A stretch of DNA of 64,000 nt from Bispira polyomma (lineage: Eukaryota): assembly GCA_965649765.1 (NCBI GenBank), contig OZ287750.1:5208001-5272000 (forward strand), given 5' to 3'. Positions within the stretch are counted from its first letter, which is position 1, and each line of letters begins with the position of its first letter. The translations under genes and the position numbers were made by a program. The notes beneath the pieces were generated by a model that saw only the letters and a program-made list of their open reading frames with translations, was not told the DNA's origin and did not search any database. This document shows positions 27,924-42,179 of this stretch, piece by piece.

Positions 27924-30900
27924 TATATTACCAACATTAAATCAGCAAGTTTAGCCATTAAAATCAAGTCAAACACACAAACATAATATATATGTTTTTG
28001 TTTCTCTGGTCAATACATAGAGAGTGTAAATTGCTACATCCCATTAGTTTACCGATTGTTTACAGTTGAAGATCAGTAGCTAACTGAGGGAGATGAGTAT
28101 TTAGGCCATTAAGTTAGTTGTATCTGTTATGTGTCCTTGCTGTGAAGGTATGAGAGATGAAAAAAACCCAACACAACATCTCTGTAATTACTAATTAACC
28201 TTAAGTTTAACCTTAATCTCTGTTTTATTTTATTTTCTTTTTTTTAATTTTTGGCTGCTTGCTTAAAACTTGTGTATGACTGATAATAGAATTTACCATT
28301 TTTACTATTTCTGGAAATACATTCCAAAAGATTGATAACATTTTTTTCAAAGAATACTATGTTTTGTTTGTAAATGAGTTTAGGTTTATTAAAAAACAAT
28401 AACAAACAAAAACAGTTATTGACGTTGTGACTCGTGACTTTCAACAATATGGCCACAGCAATTTTTTTTGTAGTTCAAGGTTAGTGGCTTATTACAGCTG
28501 GAATTTATTACTTGTACCAATAAGAATGCCTGGCACAGTGCAAAGCAACCAACAACCCTCCCTTTCAATGATCTACCTGTGTGGAAAAGAGACAACTCTC
28601 TCTATAACTCTTTTTTTTTCTTTTTGATGAGTGAATGAAATTTTCTTCTCTTTTTTGCTGTTATAATAAATTGTAGATAAAAACAAATGGCTTTGATAAA
28701 AATCGAAATATTTTTAAATACAACATGCAATTGTGAACAGCCGAGTCAAATGATATTGAGTTCTGAGGTTAAGGTCATAAGATGAATGCTGACCTTGTAC
28801 TAGTGTGAAGGTGAATATGAATTTGAGAAGTAAGGAGTCAGATGCAGTTTGGGATATATATTTATAAATTTTTAGATTCTATGTACAACTGTACATAAAA
28901 ATTTTGATTAGAACTAAATATTTTAAAATGTCAGTAAGCAAGTACAAAGAAGGAGGGTTTAAAAAAACCCAACACTAAAAGTAAGATAAGAGTAAAATAA
29001 TTTAAAGTCCCCTTTCACTGCCCTAATGGAAGATGAGGGAGTTTTAATTTTTGTGTAGAAATTGCTCTTCAGTGTGGTTGTTAAAATAGAGGAAAGAATA
29101 AACACCAGGTGTTTAAAGGGAGTAAATTCTAAAGAGAAAGAGAGAGAGTTAGGGAGAGGGAGGGGAATAAAGGCTCCAGTGCAAATGTAAACTTCATCAG
29201 CTTCTTTCAAGTGACAAGCTGAGATTTAATGAAGTGGAGTGTTTTAGAGGCTGTGTGGTGAAAAGCAAGTTCAATAGAATACATTGATGGAGAATAGCAA
29301 GCAGTAAAGGGACAGAAGTGACTGTAGCAGTCTGCTGTTGTTTTAAGACCAATATAGGTCTTAAATCCCCTAGCCTTACAGAAGGCCCAATCATTTCAGA
29401 AGTGGCTATGGCTAACTGTTGTGTTAAGACCTATATAGTTTGTACTGACTGGACTTAAAACCCCTAGCCTTACAAAAGGCCCAATCTTATTAAAAGTATA
29501 TATAATTACAGCCCTTGTTTTTGGCCACTGTCTGTTTACTCTTTACTTGTTGCTTTGTTTCTTGGCAAGAAACTACTAACCAATTTTGACCAACCTGTGT
29601 GGAGGGCTAAGGTATGAGCCAAGAAAGAAACCATTAAATCATGGTGTAGATCTAGATAAAGCTAATTTACTGTGTACTTTAATGAGTCTTAACTTACACC
29701 TCAAGAACGACTAGGAGAAAGATATCCATCTACTTTTTGACATTCTATCAGATGGCCGACTTTGAGAGGTATTTTGATTTTTTACTACATAGCACTCTAC
29801 TAGGTGCTTTTTTACTGATTAATATAACATTACTGTGACCAGGAGTACTAATGTACCTACCATTTTATGTTATGCAAGAATAGAAGAATATAAAATTTAT
29901 GTATCTATTTTAAAATAAAACTTTCCAGGGCTTTTTCCAAACAGTATTAATGAGTCAACATTTAGAGCCTTAAGTGGCCTACCTGTGAAGTGTCTGTGCT
30001 CAAAATACAATCTAGTGACATAATATGTACTTGTGTGGAGAAGATAAAGTGAGCTGGATTTTTAAAAGAGTCATTGTCACCATGAAAGATGACTTCTTTT
30101 TTGGAAAAGGTAAACACTTGAGAACCACTTAATGGTAAACAGTGACTTTGATGTATTTTTAGGGACACCATTTTATGCGGTGGAACATTTTATATTTACC
30201 CAAACACAATGATAAGGCAAATTATACCATGCGATTTTATTCAGTCTGTGACCTTTATTGGTCAAACTTCTAGTCTACATTGTACTGGAAAAAGTCAACC
30301 ATGATTTCAAAGTCTGATACACATTTTGAAGTTATAAAAGCCACTATATTTTAGCTAATGAGATTCTACTTTTCTATATATACTCTTTTGGTGTACTTTA
30401 TGTTACCATAAGTGTTGAGGCTACAGTTAATTAATTGAAAAAGTTGGCCACCACATTTTCTGCCAAAGCTTAAACCATTTTTAATGTATTGTATATTTTT
30501 AACACACTTTATTGATGCTGGGCAGCTTCTAAAGTGCAGCATCAGAATTTATTAACAATTTAGTCATGATTCTACTTGAGCTTGTTCACATCTTGCCCAA
30601 AGGATGTTATCGCCCAGTAACCATTAATTTTTGTTGTAACTTGGAGTCAAAACTGAGACATTCTAATCACCAAACCAACTGTATAACCACTTGGCCTTGG
30701 CAGACCACTCAGCCATTTCTTGTACTTTCATGGATTTGCTATAAATACATCTGTGCTTCTTTGAATATGAGATCATGACACATATAAAACTATTATTAAA
30801 GACATCAAGTGTGCTAAGCAAATCAAATATGTTCCTACTTAAGTTACTGAAATCTGTTTTATATATATCTCTAGTCTCGTCGTTTAAGGATTGTACATGT

Positions 30901-31984
30901 TCTGAAAGTAATTTTTGTGGGACTGTATTCAGAATATCCCCCTAACCAGTTACAGCATATGTACGATATGTATAATAAGCCTGCGTTTCCATATTGCAGA
31001 CGACCAACAACTGATAGCAAACAGTGAATGCTAATTCTTTCTCTTTCCTTATTATGATGCAAAATGTTTCTGTGTATTCAAATACTGATGGCCACAAGCT
31101 GACGCAAGCCAGTGTTATTGGCCTAGATAGGGAATAAATCTGTCTAGTTGGTCGTCGGCCTGTAAACAGACTGGTAATCTGCTGTACTAATAGATTTTCT
31201 ATTGTGAGGAACTGAACAAAAATAAAATGGTATTTTTGTAGGTTCTGGGAGTAACATTAAATGCTGTCGGCTGGTAGTTGACAACCCAGAGGTCGAAAGG
31301 GTTAATATGGATAACTTGTTTGTTGCATCAAGTATGCGATGTCCTCATTAAAATGTAACTTGTAGTAACTGCCTGATACCTCCGTTAAGTTATATCTCTA
31401 GCTCTACTAATTGCACTGCATGCTCCCTTGTGTTCAGTTTAACAGGCTGGTCAAGTACCTCACTTTACAGAACCCCCAATTTCCTCCTTCACCCTTCTGA
31501 ATGCTAGTGTCAAAGGACAGTAAAAACAAGTAAAGAGCTTGGTGTGTCTCTCTCTTTGTATGTGTGCAAAGGACAGGTCCTCAAAAATAATGCATGCTCC
31601 CACCCCCTAGCTCCCTACCCTCCCCCACCCCTTCTTCCTTCTCCCAAGAGTCTTTGTTACCTCCAGGCTTTTAGGTGAGAAGCAGTTATTTTCTGGCCTG
31701 CAATTTGGCCAATTTCTGGGATGATTAGGGTGTAGAAGGTGTTATTGATGTCGGGCCAGGGCTCAGATTTTGTGGAGGGAGCTTTCAACAAACAAAGGCA
31801 TCTGGGTGAGCAAAAATAAGGAGGGTGACGGAGGTGGGGAGGGTATAAGGGAGTTGGGGGTCTGGAGGGAAGGATGGATTTCTGATGTAGGAAGTGATTT
31901 ATGTCAGTAATTTAATGCATGGATAAAGATAGCAGGTGATTTAGGTGTACTTCAGTATCGCTCCTGTTAAATGCTGATGGTCAT

Positions 31985-32067
31985 GTGTTACATGTTTCAT
32001 GTCTATATATGGTGTTACATGTTTCATGTCTATATATGGTGTTACATGTTATATGTCTATATATGGT
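31985..32067. repeat. 27-bp tandem repeat, 3 copies
   Basis: gtgttacatgtttcatgtctatatatg x3. Confidence 0.9.
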
Positions 32068-33502
32068 ATATCTGTCTCTTTACAGTAGCCTCACTATCAG
32101 AAGGTCCCATTTAAGTAGAATTTATTTATAAATTGAACCAATTTTGGTGGCAAATTATTAGAATATAATACTGTGTTGTGACCATAATTTCTATATTTAA
32201 GAGAAACTAGCATCATACTTGAGTTGAGATTGTATTCAAACCTCACTGGACCGTTTAAAGTTGTTCTTTCTAAAATGGCGCTGCTGCCACTGAAGCAGGA
32301 TATGACGATGTCCAAATAAGAGTTATTGTTATGTCCAAATAGTTTCTTTTGTATTACAAAAGCCTCAGTGTTTATACTAATTAAAGGATTAACATTTTGT
32401 ACTATTTTGATGAATTAGAAGAAAATTTGACTTGTTGCTAGTTTATAATGTCAAATCCACATATACATACATATAATTATTGCTCACTAAATTATCCTTT
32501 TCCCAAATCATAAGGGCCCAGATATTATTGCTGGTCAGACATTATATTATCTAAATGTAATGAGTTTTTCCATGTTTCTTCCAATGACCAGTTGCGTATG
32601 AGTTACTTTTCCTGAGGACAGGATCTCCATTAGTAATGGTACCTCCTCTGAGTCTATCTACTTTTGGATCGTCTAGGTAAATACCCTTAGAGGTAGGCTG
32701 GCATATTTGCAAAGTTAAGTAACTAACTGAAGGGTCAGTATATTACAAATAAGAGACATTCATCCACCTGTATTTATTGCCTAATTGGTGGGTTATATAT
32801 ATATATATATGGATGAAAACAGGAGATTTCAGTCTTTTATTTAATATTTGATACTATAACTAGTTGTGCTTACAAAAATTCAATTCTTCACAACAGGGAA
32901 AAAGTAATGTCATATTTGTAGTTAGAACTTCTTTTTTTTCAGATTGTAGTTAGAAATTAATTTTTGGTTTTCAGATTGTTTCAGATTTGATCAAGAACTC
33001 AAATATGAATCAAGTCTTTAATTCTGTATTCAGCTGTTAGATGGGTAATGAAGTGGGGACTTGGATGGGCTGTTTAAATATTTCCTCCTTTTGCTGTCTT
33101 TTACTATTGAATGCTAAGTTTACATCTGGTTAGCTCTCCCAAACAAAGACCTCTAGCTGTATGGCTATTGTCCACGACACAATGGCATCTTTTGCGACCC
33201 ACGTTATGATTTATTGGAAATCAAAAGACACTTTTTTTCATCTAATAAGATTTAATAGTTTTTTAATGAAAACCTTTGAAGAAAGCAATCCCGCAGGAGA
33301 CGTTTTTACAGCTCCTTACGTGTGTAAGGAAAATAATTAGAGAAAAGCTATTGATTATAATGGATTTTTTTTCTTGGGGAACAGTATGTAAAAAAAGAGG
33401 GAGCAAATATGCATGATAAATACTAGTTGGCAAATGTGATCGAGCAGTTTGTGCTGGGAACGTTTCGAACAGTGTGGCAAACCTGATATACAGTATGTTA
33501 TA

Positions 33503-33686
33503 CAGTAAAACCTCTATTATCCGACCATATTGGGAGAGTGAGAATTTGTTTGGATAATAGAAGGTCCGTAAAATAGAAGGGTCATTTTAGTATAAAACAA
33601 TAGCAAAAAATAGGTTTGTGAGAATGAAATCGAGTCCGTAAAATCGAATATTTGGATAATAGAGGGTTAAATAAGAGGTTCTACTG
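33503..33686. mobile_element. Same MITE family
   Basis: ta|cagtaaaacctctattatccga ... ataagaggttctactg|ta. Confidence 0.85.
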
Positions 33687-33697
33687 TACTTTAAATA

Positions 33698-33891
33698 TAG
33701 TAGACTCTCCATTATTTGAAAAAATATGTCCAAATACACTATTTTATATAATTATTTCATTAAACTCTCCAAAATTTATGTGTTTTACTATCGTTTTTAT
33801 ACAGAAATACCACTTCTATTTTATGAACTCTTCTATTATCCAAACAAACATCTTGTTCTTCAAAGATGTTCGGATAATAGAGGTTCTACTG
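33698..33891. mobile_element. Same MITE family, opposite orientation
   Basis: ta|tagtagactctccattat ... gttcggataatagaggttctactg|ta; the interior is reverse-complementary to the adjacent copy. Confidence 0.8.
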
Positions 33892-36271
33892 TATGGGTAA
33901 CAAAGTATTAAAAAGTGAAGGTAAAACAATTAAAGATGTTAATACATGTCTATTCTGATTATTACTTAAGCAAGTCCCACACCTTCCTAAACTAAAAGCT
34001 ACATTTAATGGCGAATTAACTTGCCGAAGCAAATAGTACCTAAAGAGCTCTTGATGACTCTTGGGTAACACAACTGCTGAAATTGTGTCGGCTGAAAAAT
34101 TCTGAGCATATTAAAAAATTTTTGGAACTGGCAGAGTTTTAACGCAACCTTGTCAGGAGTTATGTACGTGGACTCTTAGAACCAGATCTATCCAGATTTC
34201 ACACTATAGTTTGACAGGAGTTGCACCGAGCTGGCTGATCAGTTAGGTTGACCTCGGCATGAACATGTTTGAAATGTTTGGGAACTTGTGATAACTAATG
34301 CTTGTGTTTAAAACCAAAAATAAAGCCAATCCTAGCAGAGTTTAACTTGGCCTTGTCAGGAGTCATGTGGAGTCCAACCGAAGCTATCTAGCGTTGATGC
34401 AAATTTGAGTTAGTTAGAGCTAAGCACCATCTATGCAGAGATTTTTAAGAGGTGTCCCGAGTAAGGCATGCCCTGTTTAGCCTGTGCATTACTTGTTGAG
34501 GAAACAAAGTTATCTAAGAGTTAGAACAATCGTCTTAGTTTTGCTAACCCCGGTATACATACTTGTATAACTTTAGAATAGCTTTACTTATAAAAAAAAA
34601 ACCCAGAGAAATGATGCTATACACTGCAGAAACAGCTGGTAGTTTATGCCTCATCTTTGTTATGATTTAATCAATTACTGAGAACAGCCCATTGTAAATG
34701 CTGTACTATTTATTACTCAATTTGTTATTGAACCAAGAAAAAAATGTCTTATGTTATATATAAACTCGAATAATTATACACAAATGATGGAAATGCGGAT
34801 GAAATCACTGAAAATGCGAATATTCCTGAAATTCTGTGAAATAATGCTGACTTTACAATGAGAAATTTGTCTGACAATCCAATTGCTTGATGACCTAAAT
34901 AGGATATGGTCATGTAATTTAGAAAATAATAATATTTTCAATGAAAAGGAAAACTGTGGACTTTCTTTGAGAAAAGAAGGTTTCCATGAAAACTAATACA
35001 TGTAATATTTAAAGAACGAAAGCCTTTTTGTGGTCCAACAAAGATGTATATAATACTGTCACCCTTTTGTCACTTAAAAAAGATATCTTTGATGGGGGAA
35101 AAAACTACATACTTGCGTCAAATAAGTAATTACTTTGTTGTATAGAAATGAAATTACATGGTGTGAAATAGATCTAAAATTGTGCAAAACAATGGAGAAA
35201 TTTAGACTTTTTTTTAAAGTATAATCTTCTGAAGTTACATGTTTAATCATTTTCTTTGCATATTTTTTCCCAATAATGCTAAAGCATAATGATATTAAAG
35301 TGAAATGTGAGTTTCAGTTTCATTTTTTTCAAACTGACTAGAGTGATAACTAGATACTAGAGTAAGGCATCGAAAATTCGACACTGTTTCTGAAATTCGC
35401 CACCTAGAAAATGTTGGTACATTATTTGGTAGAATTCAAATATAAAATTGGTCGTATATTCCTAAAATTGACATTTTTTTTAAATATTTTGCCTTGCTAA
35501 ACCTAAATTCCAGTTATAAATGGCCATTGGCCAATTTGATTTGCTTTAAATTTTATGGGTGGCTAATTTGGAGATACAGTGGCGAATTTTAGATTCTCTT
35601 TGCCTGTTCCCAACTGCTCTTGGCTAAAAGCATCGCCAGTCAAAGAGGCATTTTTCCAGCAATGTTTCCTGTAGTTTTTCTGCAAATAATTGCATCAAAA
35701 GTTCCACTTAATTACGTTAGACAGGGAGTACCATTTTCATATACAGGGTTTTTCTACAAAGAGAGTAAATAGGCCACATTTCTGGCAGTGTCATGCAACC
35801 AGCGTTAAGACATTGATAAACACTTAAGGCGCTAGACCATGATATTCTCCTTCTATGGTTATTCTATCAGGGGTAAAATGCTTCCTACTTGATATGCATA
35901 TACTGAACCTTCAAGCTGTCAGGTAAAACCCTTCTTAAAGTAATATCTGCTGAAGAGCTTATATAAGACCTCTGTCCATTTAGCTTTTTACACTTAACTG
36001 ATTGAAGCAAATCTTCTACCAGTTCATTATAGAATGGCCTGGTGACATTTTATAATGTCAGCTGGGGATGGGTGAATTATATACTTATAAGTATTTTCTT
36101 TTAAGATATATTACGATTGAGAAGTATTGCAATGACAAGAGAAATGTCACACATTGTTTTTTTTTTGCAAAGGAGATGTATATTTAATAAAGAAATGAAT
36201 GTATATTTAATAAAGAAATGAATGATATATGGATAATGATGGTGAGCGGGCAGTAGTGAATAAACAATGTT

Positions 36272-36522
36272 TAAACTAGAAGGGCACTCAATAGAGTGCA
36301 TACCTTTGCTAATGGCATAGTCAAAAAAATTCTGGACCTGCTAACTTCAATGTGGATGATCCAATCCAAAATATTTGCTAGATTCTTCCTTGGCCCCATG
36401 TTCCACCCCTAGATAAACTTCATTTAAAGCGATCCAGTAGATTTTTTGTGTAATGCTGGTTCTAAAACAAACCAACCAATGGACACAGGGTGAAAACGTT
36501 ATCTCTTATGGTGGACTTAATA
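36272..36522 (+). mobile_element. Non-autonomous Helitron/Helentron-like repeat (another copy at ~55236-55400)
   Basis: aactagaagggcactcaatagagtgcatacc...ccaaaat...gattcttccttggccc...aaacaaaccaacc...gtgaaaac...ggtggacttaataa; homologous start gggcagtcattagagcgcatacc at 55236. The class assignment is from resemblance only. Confidence 0.45.
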
Positions 36523-36882
36523 ATAAGTAACTGATTCTACATTGAAAACTCAAAATTACTTATGTTTTTATTGGTTGCAACAGAAAGTTATGGGATTATT
36601 TTTGCATTTTAATGTTTTACATTTAAATTCTTCATCTCTCTAAGAAATGTAGTTTAACATACTTTTTTACACATTCGATTGAACTCTGTTAAGTTCTGTG
36701 CAGAAAAACTTGCAGTTTTTTATTTCAAAATCTACTTGTTAAGTAGAAATCTCACTTAACTAGAGGCATTTCTCCTTGACTCTTGAGTTCCAAGACTTAA
36801 AGGGGATGACAACTGTATTTCGTTGTTGTTGTAATTTGTTTAAAAACAACAAACTGTATGTTCTCTATGTTTTCTGTTGCAG

Positions 36883-36994
36883 TTGTGGTCCTGTGTGCAT
36901 CACCTGATTCTGTGAGGGAAATCATGATCAAAGCTAAAGAACTCAACTTTGACAATGGAGAGTATGTCTTCTTCAACATCGACCTTTTCAGCAG
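36883..36994 (+). CDS. NPR1-like: NPR-like receptor coding exon 2
   Basis: Acceptor tttctgttgcag|TT; reads (I)VVLCASPDSVREIMIKAKELNFDNGEYVFFNIDLFS; donor CAG|gtaatt; 112 nt; not in the + strand ORF track. Confidence 0.93.
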
Positions 36995-37127
36995 GTAATT
37001 CCTTAGTTTGTGTCTTGCATTTGTTATCCTTGCGTCAGTGTAAAAAAAAAATTTTTCAAAGAATAAATAAACTTGTGTTACTAAAACCTCACATCATAAT
37101 GGTCAAATTAGAATGAAGGTCATAAGC

Positions 37128-37285
37128 CACCCCTGTACTTGTAACTATTTCCGTGTCTCCATGGTCACAACCACTGTACTACGTCCAATGGCTATATGAA
37201 ATCGTCAAAATTATTTTCTGTCTCATGCGCCTTAGAATCTGCTAGCACAGAGATAAGCGCTATAAAAGTTAGATTAGATAGATTG
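37128..37285 (+). mobile_element. Same L2-type LINE 3' UTR/tail fragment
   Basis: tctccatggtca...aatggctatatgaaat.gtca...ctagcacagagataagcgctataaaagttagattaga shared with 51360-51488. Confidence 0.85.
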
Positions 37286-39734
37286 AAAACTTTTGTGAAG
37301 TAATTAATGCTAAAAAAAAACAGTTATCATTCTTTGATATCAGGTAAAGATAATTCAGTTTTTTTTTTGTACCCTATAGGATACAGTGCTGCCCATACAC
37401 ACAGGACTCCCCGTGTGTAGCTATAGTCTTTGCCTTACAGCTATTAAGTTATGTCCACTGTAACTGACACTATTGCACTGTCATCATAATTCCTATCTTT
37501 GGCTAAACTAACATCCAGGCTAATGCTAACTGCTGGAGACTGTAAAAATTTCAATTTCGAGTTTGTGTTTTCCAAGACCATATATAATCTCTATATTATA
37601 TATATGCTCTGTACCTCTTTTGTAAATTGATGTTTAGATATTAAAAACCATTTTAAGTGTAGATTTATTCATTGAAATTATAAAAAGAAGTCTATTTTCT
37701 TGGATCTTAACTTTATAAAGAAAACATAGAATTGTCTTAACTTGCAGAAACACAAAGTGTTCAAACTACACCATCATATAAGCCTACCTTTAATGATGCT
37801 CCCCAATGACAGTGTATCTGACCTATTTGGTTTGGCCTCCAGGTCTGAATTTCTGGATGACACCACTGTCTTAATTATGTTGTCCTTACGTTGTCATTAT
37901 TCTGGGCCCCTGTTGTTTTTGTATTTTGCCTGATGAATGTGTACAGTGAACCGGTGTTATCTAAACTTCTGCTCTAGAAATATTCAATACTCATTTTCTC
38001 ACTGCTTCATTTAAACCTTTTTGCAAAAAAATCTTTGCCTTCCGCTTTTAGCCTACATTCTTTTGTACACAATTTGCGGCAAACAAGTTTGCGATTGCGA
38101 AATTTTCCTTCTATGTATCTTTTCTTTATTTATTCTTATCTGTGCTACTGGAATTAGCGACATCCGATGTACGACGTCCGCATCTGATTTTTTCACTCAC
38201 AGAGTGAAAAAAAATCGTATTCAGATGGTTAAATAGGATGTACTAGATTCTTACAACTATTAATTTTCTAAATATAGCATCCTGGCATAGTGTAGATGAG
38301 AACAACAGTGTTGCATTTTGTGATTGCAAATCGGCCATCGTTTGCTGCAAATTGAGTACATCAGAATGTAGGCGAAGAACCGTCTTTTGATAAACAACTT
38401 CTTGCTCTTGTGAAATTGGTGTGAGGATTAAAAGATCGATGGTGGTATATAAAGTAGCTCCTTGACCCTATTTACTTCTAATTTACTGTTTGACTGCACC
38501 AAACAGTATACATTTCGTACCATTAAATATCATCATATTAAATTACTAACATCAGTGGTTTATCTCAGTATTTTTAATTCTTCCCTTTTAACGGTAAGAA
38601 CGACTCACATTTCTGTATCAGTTGATTGAATGATTACTAGGTACTTATTTTACTTATTTAGCCGAGAATCTTAATCAGTGAAAGTTAAGTCCCATTGAAA
38701 ATGTAAATTTGTAATAACCTACTGAAGTAAAACCTGATCTATAGTGATAATTAAATCTGCTGAATTCTTTTGGTTCCAGCCAAAATTCCCACTCATACAT
38801 TATGTACACATGTGAGTAATTCAATTACCTTAATTTGCTAAAAGAACTTGGCACTAGCCTCTTTTTTCACACTGATAAAATCCTCTTAGCCCAATTATTT
38901 TGCATTTAATATCTAGGCCATCATATATTGCTAGAATTGTATAAATTAACTAATTACTGTCCAGTTCTGTACTCACCTATATAAGTTTAAGGCATATTTA
39001 TAAAGCCTATAAAACCATTAGAACCCTTTACATTAGAGATATAATGCATGCTGACAATAGGGACATGCAGGATGAATCATTATTTGATGAGATCCTCCTT
39101 TTAGTTAATGCATTCAACAATGGGATGTTTATAAATAGATACACTCATACACATTTTTTATTATGTATAATTTTGGCATATTTATACATGCCATAATTAT
39201 TCACCATTTGTATGTGCCTTATAATAATAATCTGCTAATGGGAGATTAAATTGATTTCTTTCTTTTTTTACGGAATTGTATATGCAGTGTATGTAGAGCA
39301 GTATCAACTCTATTATCTGAACATGTGTTGCAAGAAAACCTGATTTAGTTGGGATAACGCGATGTTTTAAATAATAAAATAGGCATTTTAGTTCAAACAT
39401 TTGCGATAGGGAGACAAAAAAGAGTTGATCAAATCTAATCGTCAGAAAATATATTTTTGGGGTGAAAATAGAGATTATTATTAACCTTTAGACACTCAAA
39501 TATTTAAAGTTTAAAAACAATATGAAACAACATTTATGTGATCATTTTACGCGAAATAAAAACCTAAATTGACATAAAAACTCTGTATCTCGCCTGTTGC
39601 TCTACTAAACTGAGTGGTTTGTGCAAAAAATACTGACAGAACACATGTTTTGGACTTTTTAGCAATGATCGAGTCCTCAGGGGACTGGCGCCATATCGTG
39701 GAACCTGATCACTATCCCTATATAAATATATATA

Positions 39735-40292
39735 CAGTAGAACCTCTATTATCCGAACGTGTTGGAAGAGTTCGATTTTGTTCGGATAATAGAAGGTTTA
39801 TTAAATGTTTAGTACAAAACAGGAGAACAGCATAAATTTGGGACAGTGGAAACCAGTTCACGAAATCGAATATATTCGTACAACAGAAGTTCTGATAACA
39901 GAGGTTCTGATAACATAAGTTCTGATAACAGAGGTTCTGATAATAGAGGTTCTGATAACAGGTTCTTATAACAGAGGTTCAGATAACAGAGGTTCTGATA
40001 ACAGGTTCTTATAACAGAGGTTCAGATAACAGAGGTTCAGATAATAGAGGTTTAGATAATAGAGGTTCTGATAACAGGTTCTTATAACAGAGGTTCAGAT
40101 AATAGAGGTTCAAATAATAGAGGTTTAGATAATAGAGGTTCTGATAACAGGTTCTTATAACAGAGGTTCAGATAGCAGAGGTTCAGATAATAGAGGTTCT
40201 GATAACAGAGGTTCTGATAACAGGTTCTTATAACAGAGGTTCAGATAACAGAGGTTCTGATAACAGAGGTTCTGATAACAGAGGTTCCACTG
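39735..40292. mobile_element. TA-flanked MITE (Tc1/mariner-pogo type) with an internally amplified TIR motif
   Basis: ta|cagtagaacctctattatccgaac ... gataacagaggttccactg|ta; TA duplication on both sides. Confidence 0.85.
39882..40287. repeat. 15-bp minisatellite (gaggttc[t/a]gataa[c/t]a), ~28 units, inside a MITE
   Basis: Direct reading; a 13-bp variant ggttcttataaca recurs at 39961, 40004, 40077, 40150, 40223. Confidence 0.95.
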
Positions 40293-41945
40293 TACTATTG
40301 TGGAGCTAAATTCTCTCTTTAAGTCCTGTTCAGAAGGGAAAAAAGTCGGTTCAGTTTTTTCATGTCAGTCCCTGTTGTTACCTTCAAATTTATGGCTTTA
40401 ACACTTTTATTATACCATTAAGTGTTAGTGACATTGATTTTTATGCACAAAAGAGAATAATAAAACATAAGTCATGTAGCAATAGCTGTCAAAAAAGAAA
40501 AATCTAGTAGCTGATTTGTGGAAGTCAAGCAATACAGGCTTCTGATTTATAAATGTACAAGTATTTTTATCCTCAAGTCTTTGTCTAACGAGTGGCAGGG
40601 GAAATTTAAAGGTGATCACAGTTTTGTGCACTCATCTATTCATCAAGTTCATTAAGGTCAGATGTGAATATCCAATAATGTTGTCCTACCATTGTAGTAT
40701 AATGATATTTTGATGATGTACACTGATTTATAAAACATCCCTAAAAGGAGAACGTGCTAGATTTTTATTGTACAGTTGTCTTATTGTTTTTATTCATTTT
40801 TTACGCACCTTGTTGATGTGAGGCATCATCTAAACTGTAACAACAGAATCAATTAACCTATCTAGAAGACCAAAATACAGAGCCATATTCGTAAAAAAAT
40901 AAGGAAGGATGTTGGTGTGTACAGGGAGGAAATTAAGGGGGATAAGCGAGTTTGAAGAGATAGGTTTTAGGCTTTTTCCTAAAACTAGAATAAGACGAAT
41001 TTAATAAATCTGTAAAACAAATACACCGCAGTCATTTTGACCTTGGACTTCCCTACTCAGTCACTGTCGTTAGACAAAAAAAAACTTTCAATAGGTTTTC
41101 TATTTTCAATTTTTGTCAATTAAAACTGGTTCTGGGTTTTGAAAAGATCATTTGGTTATTTTGGACAAGTATTTTTAATAATGCCCACTAAAATAAAGAA
41201 GTTTTTAAGTCTTGAGAAGGTCATTTATTGATACGTCATGCATTATGTTGCCATGACATAACTAAAGCAACTTTTTCTAAATTAAGAATTTTATGAAAGA
41301 TGCCTTTATTACTAAACGTTACCAGTTTTATCTTGTGTCTTCCATCCAAAGAAATCCTGTCTCAAAAATCCCTCAGCAAGTCCTTGTTGCATGCAAAAAT
41401 CCAATAAATATTGCAATATCTGCATATGTTCCCAAACTTAATACCTCTCTGGGTGAAAAGTGCTTCTGAATGGGGATAATTTTATGGATATTGAAATAAC
41501 AAGTGCTGTCTAATAGGTCGTTTGAGTGGTCGATAAAGTTATGTCTGAAGAAAAATCCCTCAAATTTCATCCTGTATGGCATGAATAGATCAATCGTAAG
41601 TGGCTGATATTTAAAGGTGTGACTATACTGGTCGCTAGAGATTTGATGGATTGGCTAGAGCAAGGAATTTGCTCAGTAGCAAAGCTGTTTCTGGTCTAGT
41701 TGTGTGGGTTTATGAAGGTGATGGAGTTGATGCTATGTTATTATTGAGTAAACATTCTCTGTCTTGCTATTTAATAGGCTTATTAAAAATATGACTTTTA
41801 TATGATGGTTGACTGATGGATGACCCATTGGTTCTAGTTCTAGCAATTTGCAATGCTTTATGAAGCAATTTAGTGGTCTCCCATGACAGTTGGTCTGGTA
41901 AGGACATAGTTCGTGGTTTAACTCCTACTGGAGGTGGTCACTGGG

Positions 41946-42179
41946 CAGGGGCGTAGCTAGCATTAATGCCAGTATGCCTAGGCATACCAATTTGATATTA
42001 GGAAAAAAACTTTAAAAAAAATTAATTTAATCACATGAATCTATGTTGGTACTATAGTCAATGTTCTAATGTTCCCCCCCCCTCCCCCCACTAATTGAAT
42101 TTCTGGTGGAACAAAAACCAACATGAAATTTTAGCTTAATTGGGGAGTTCCAAATGAAAACATCCTGGCTACTCCCTTG
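41946..42179. mobile_element. hAT-like MITE
   Basis: caggggcgtagctag / ctggctactcccttg imperfect TIRs; TSD not clean. Confidence 0.55.
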
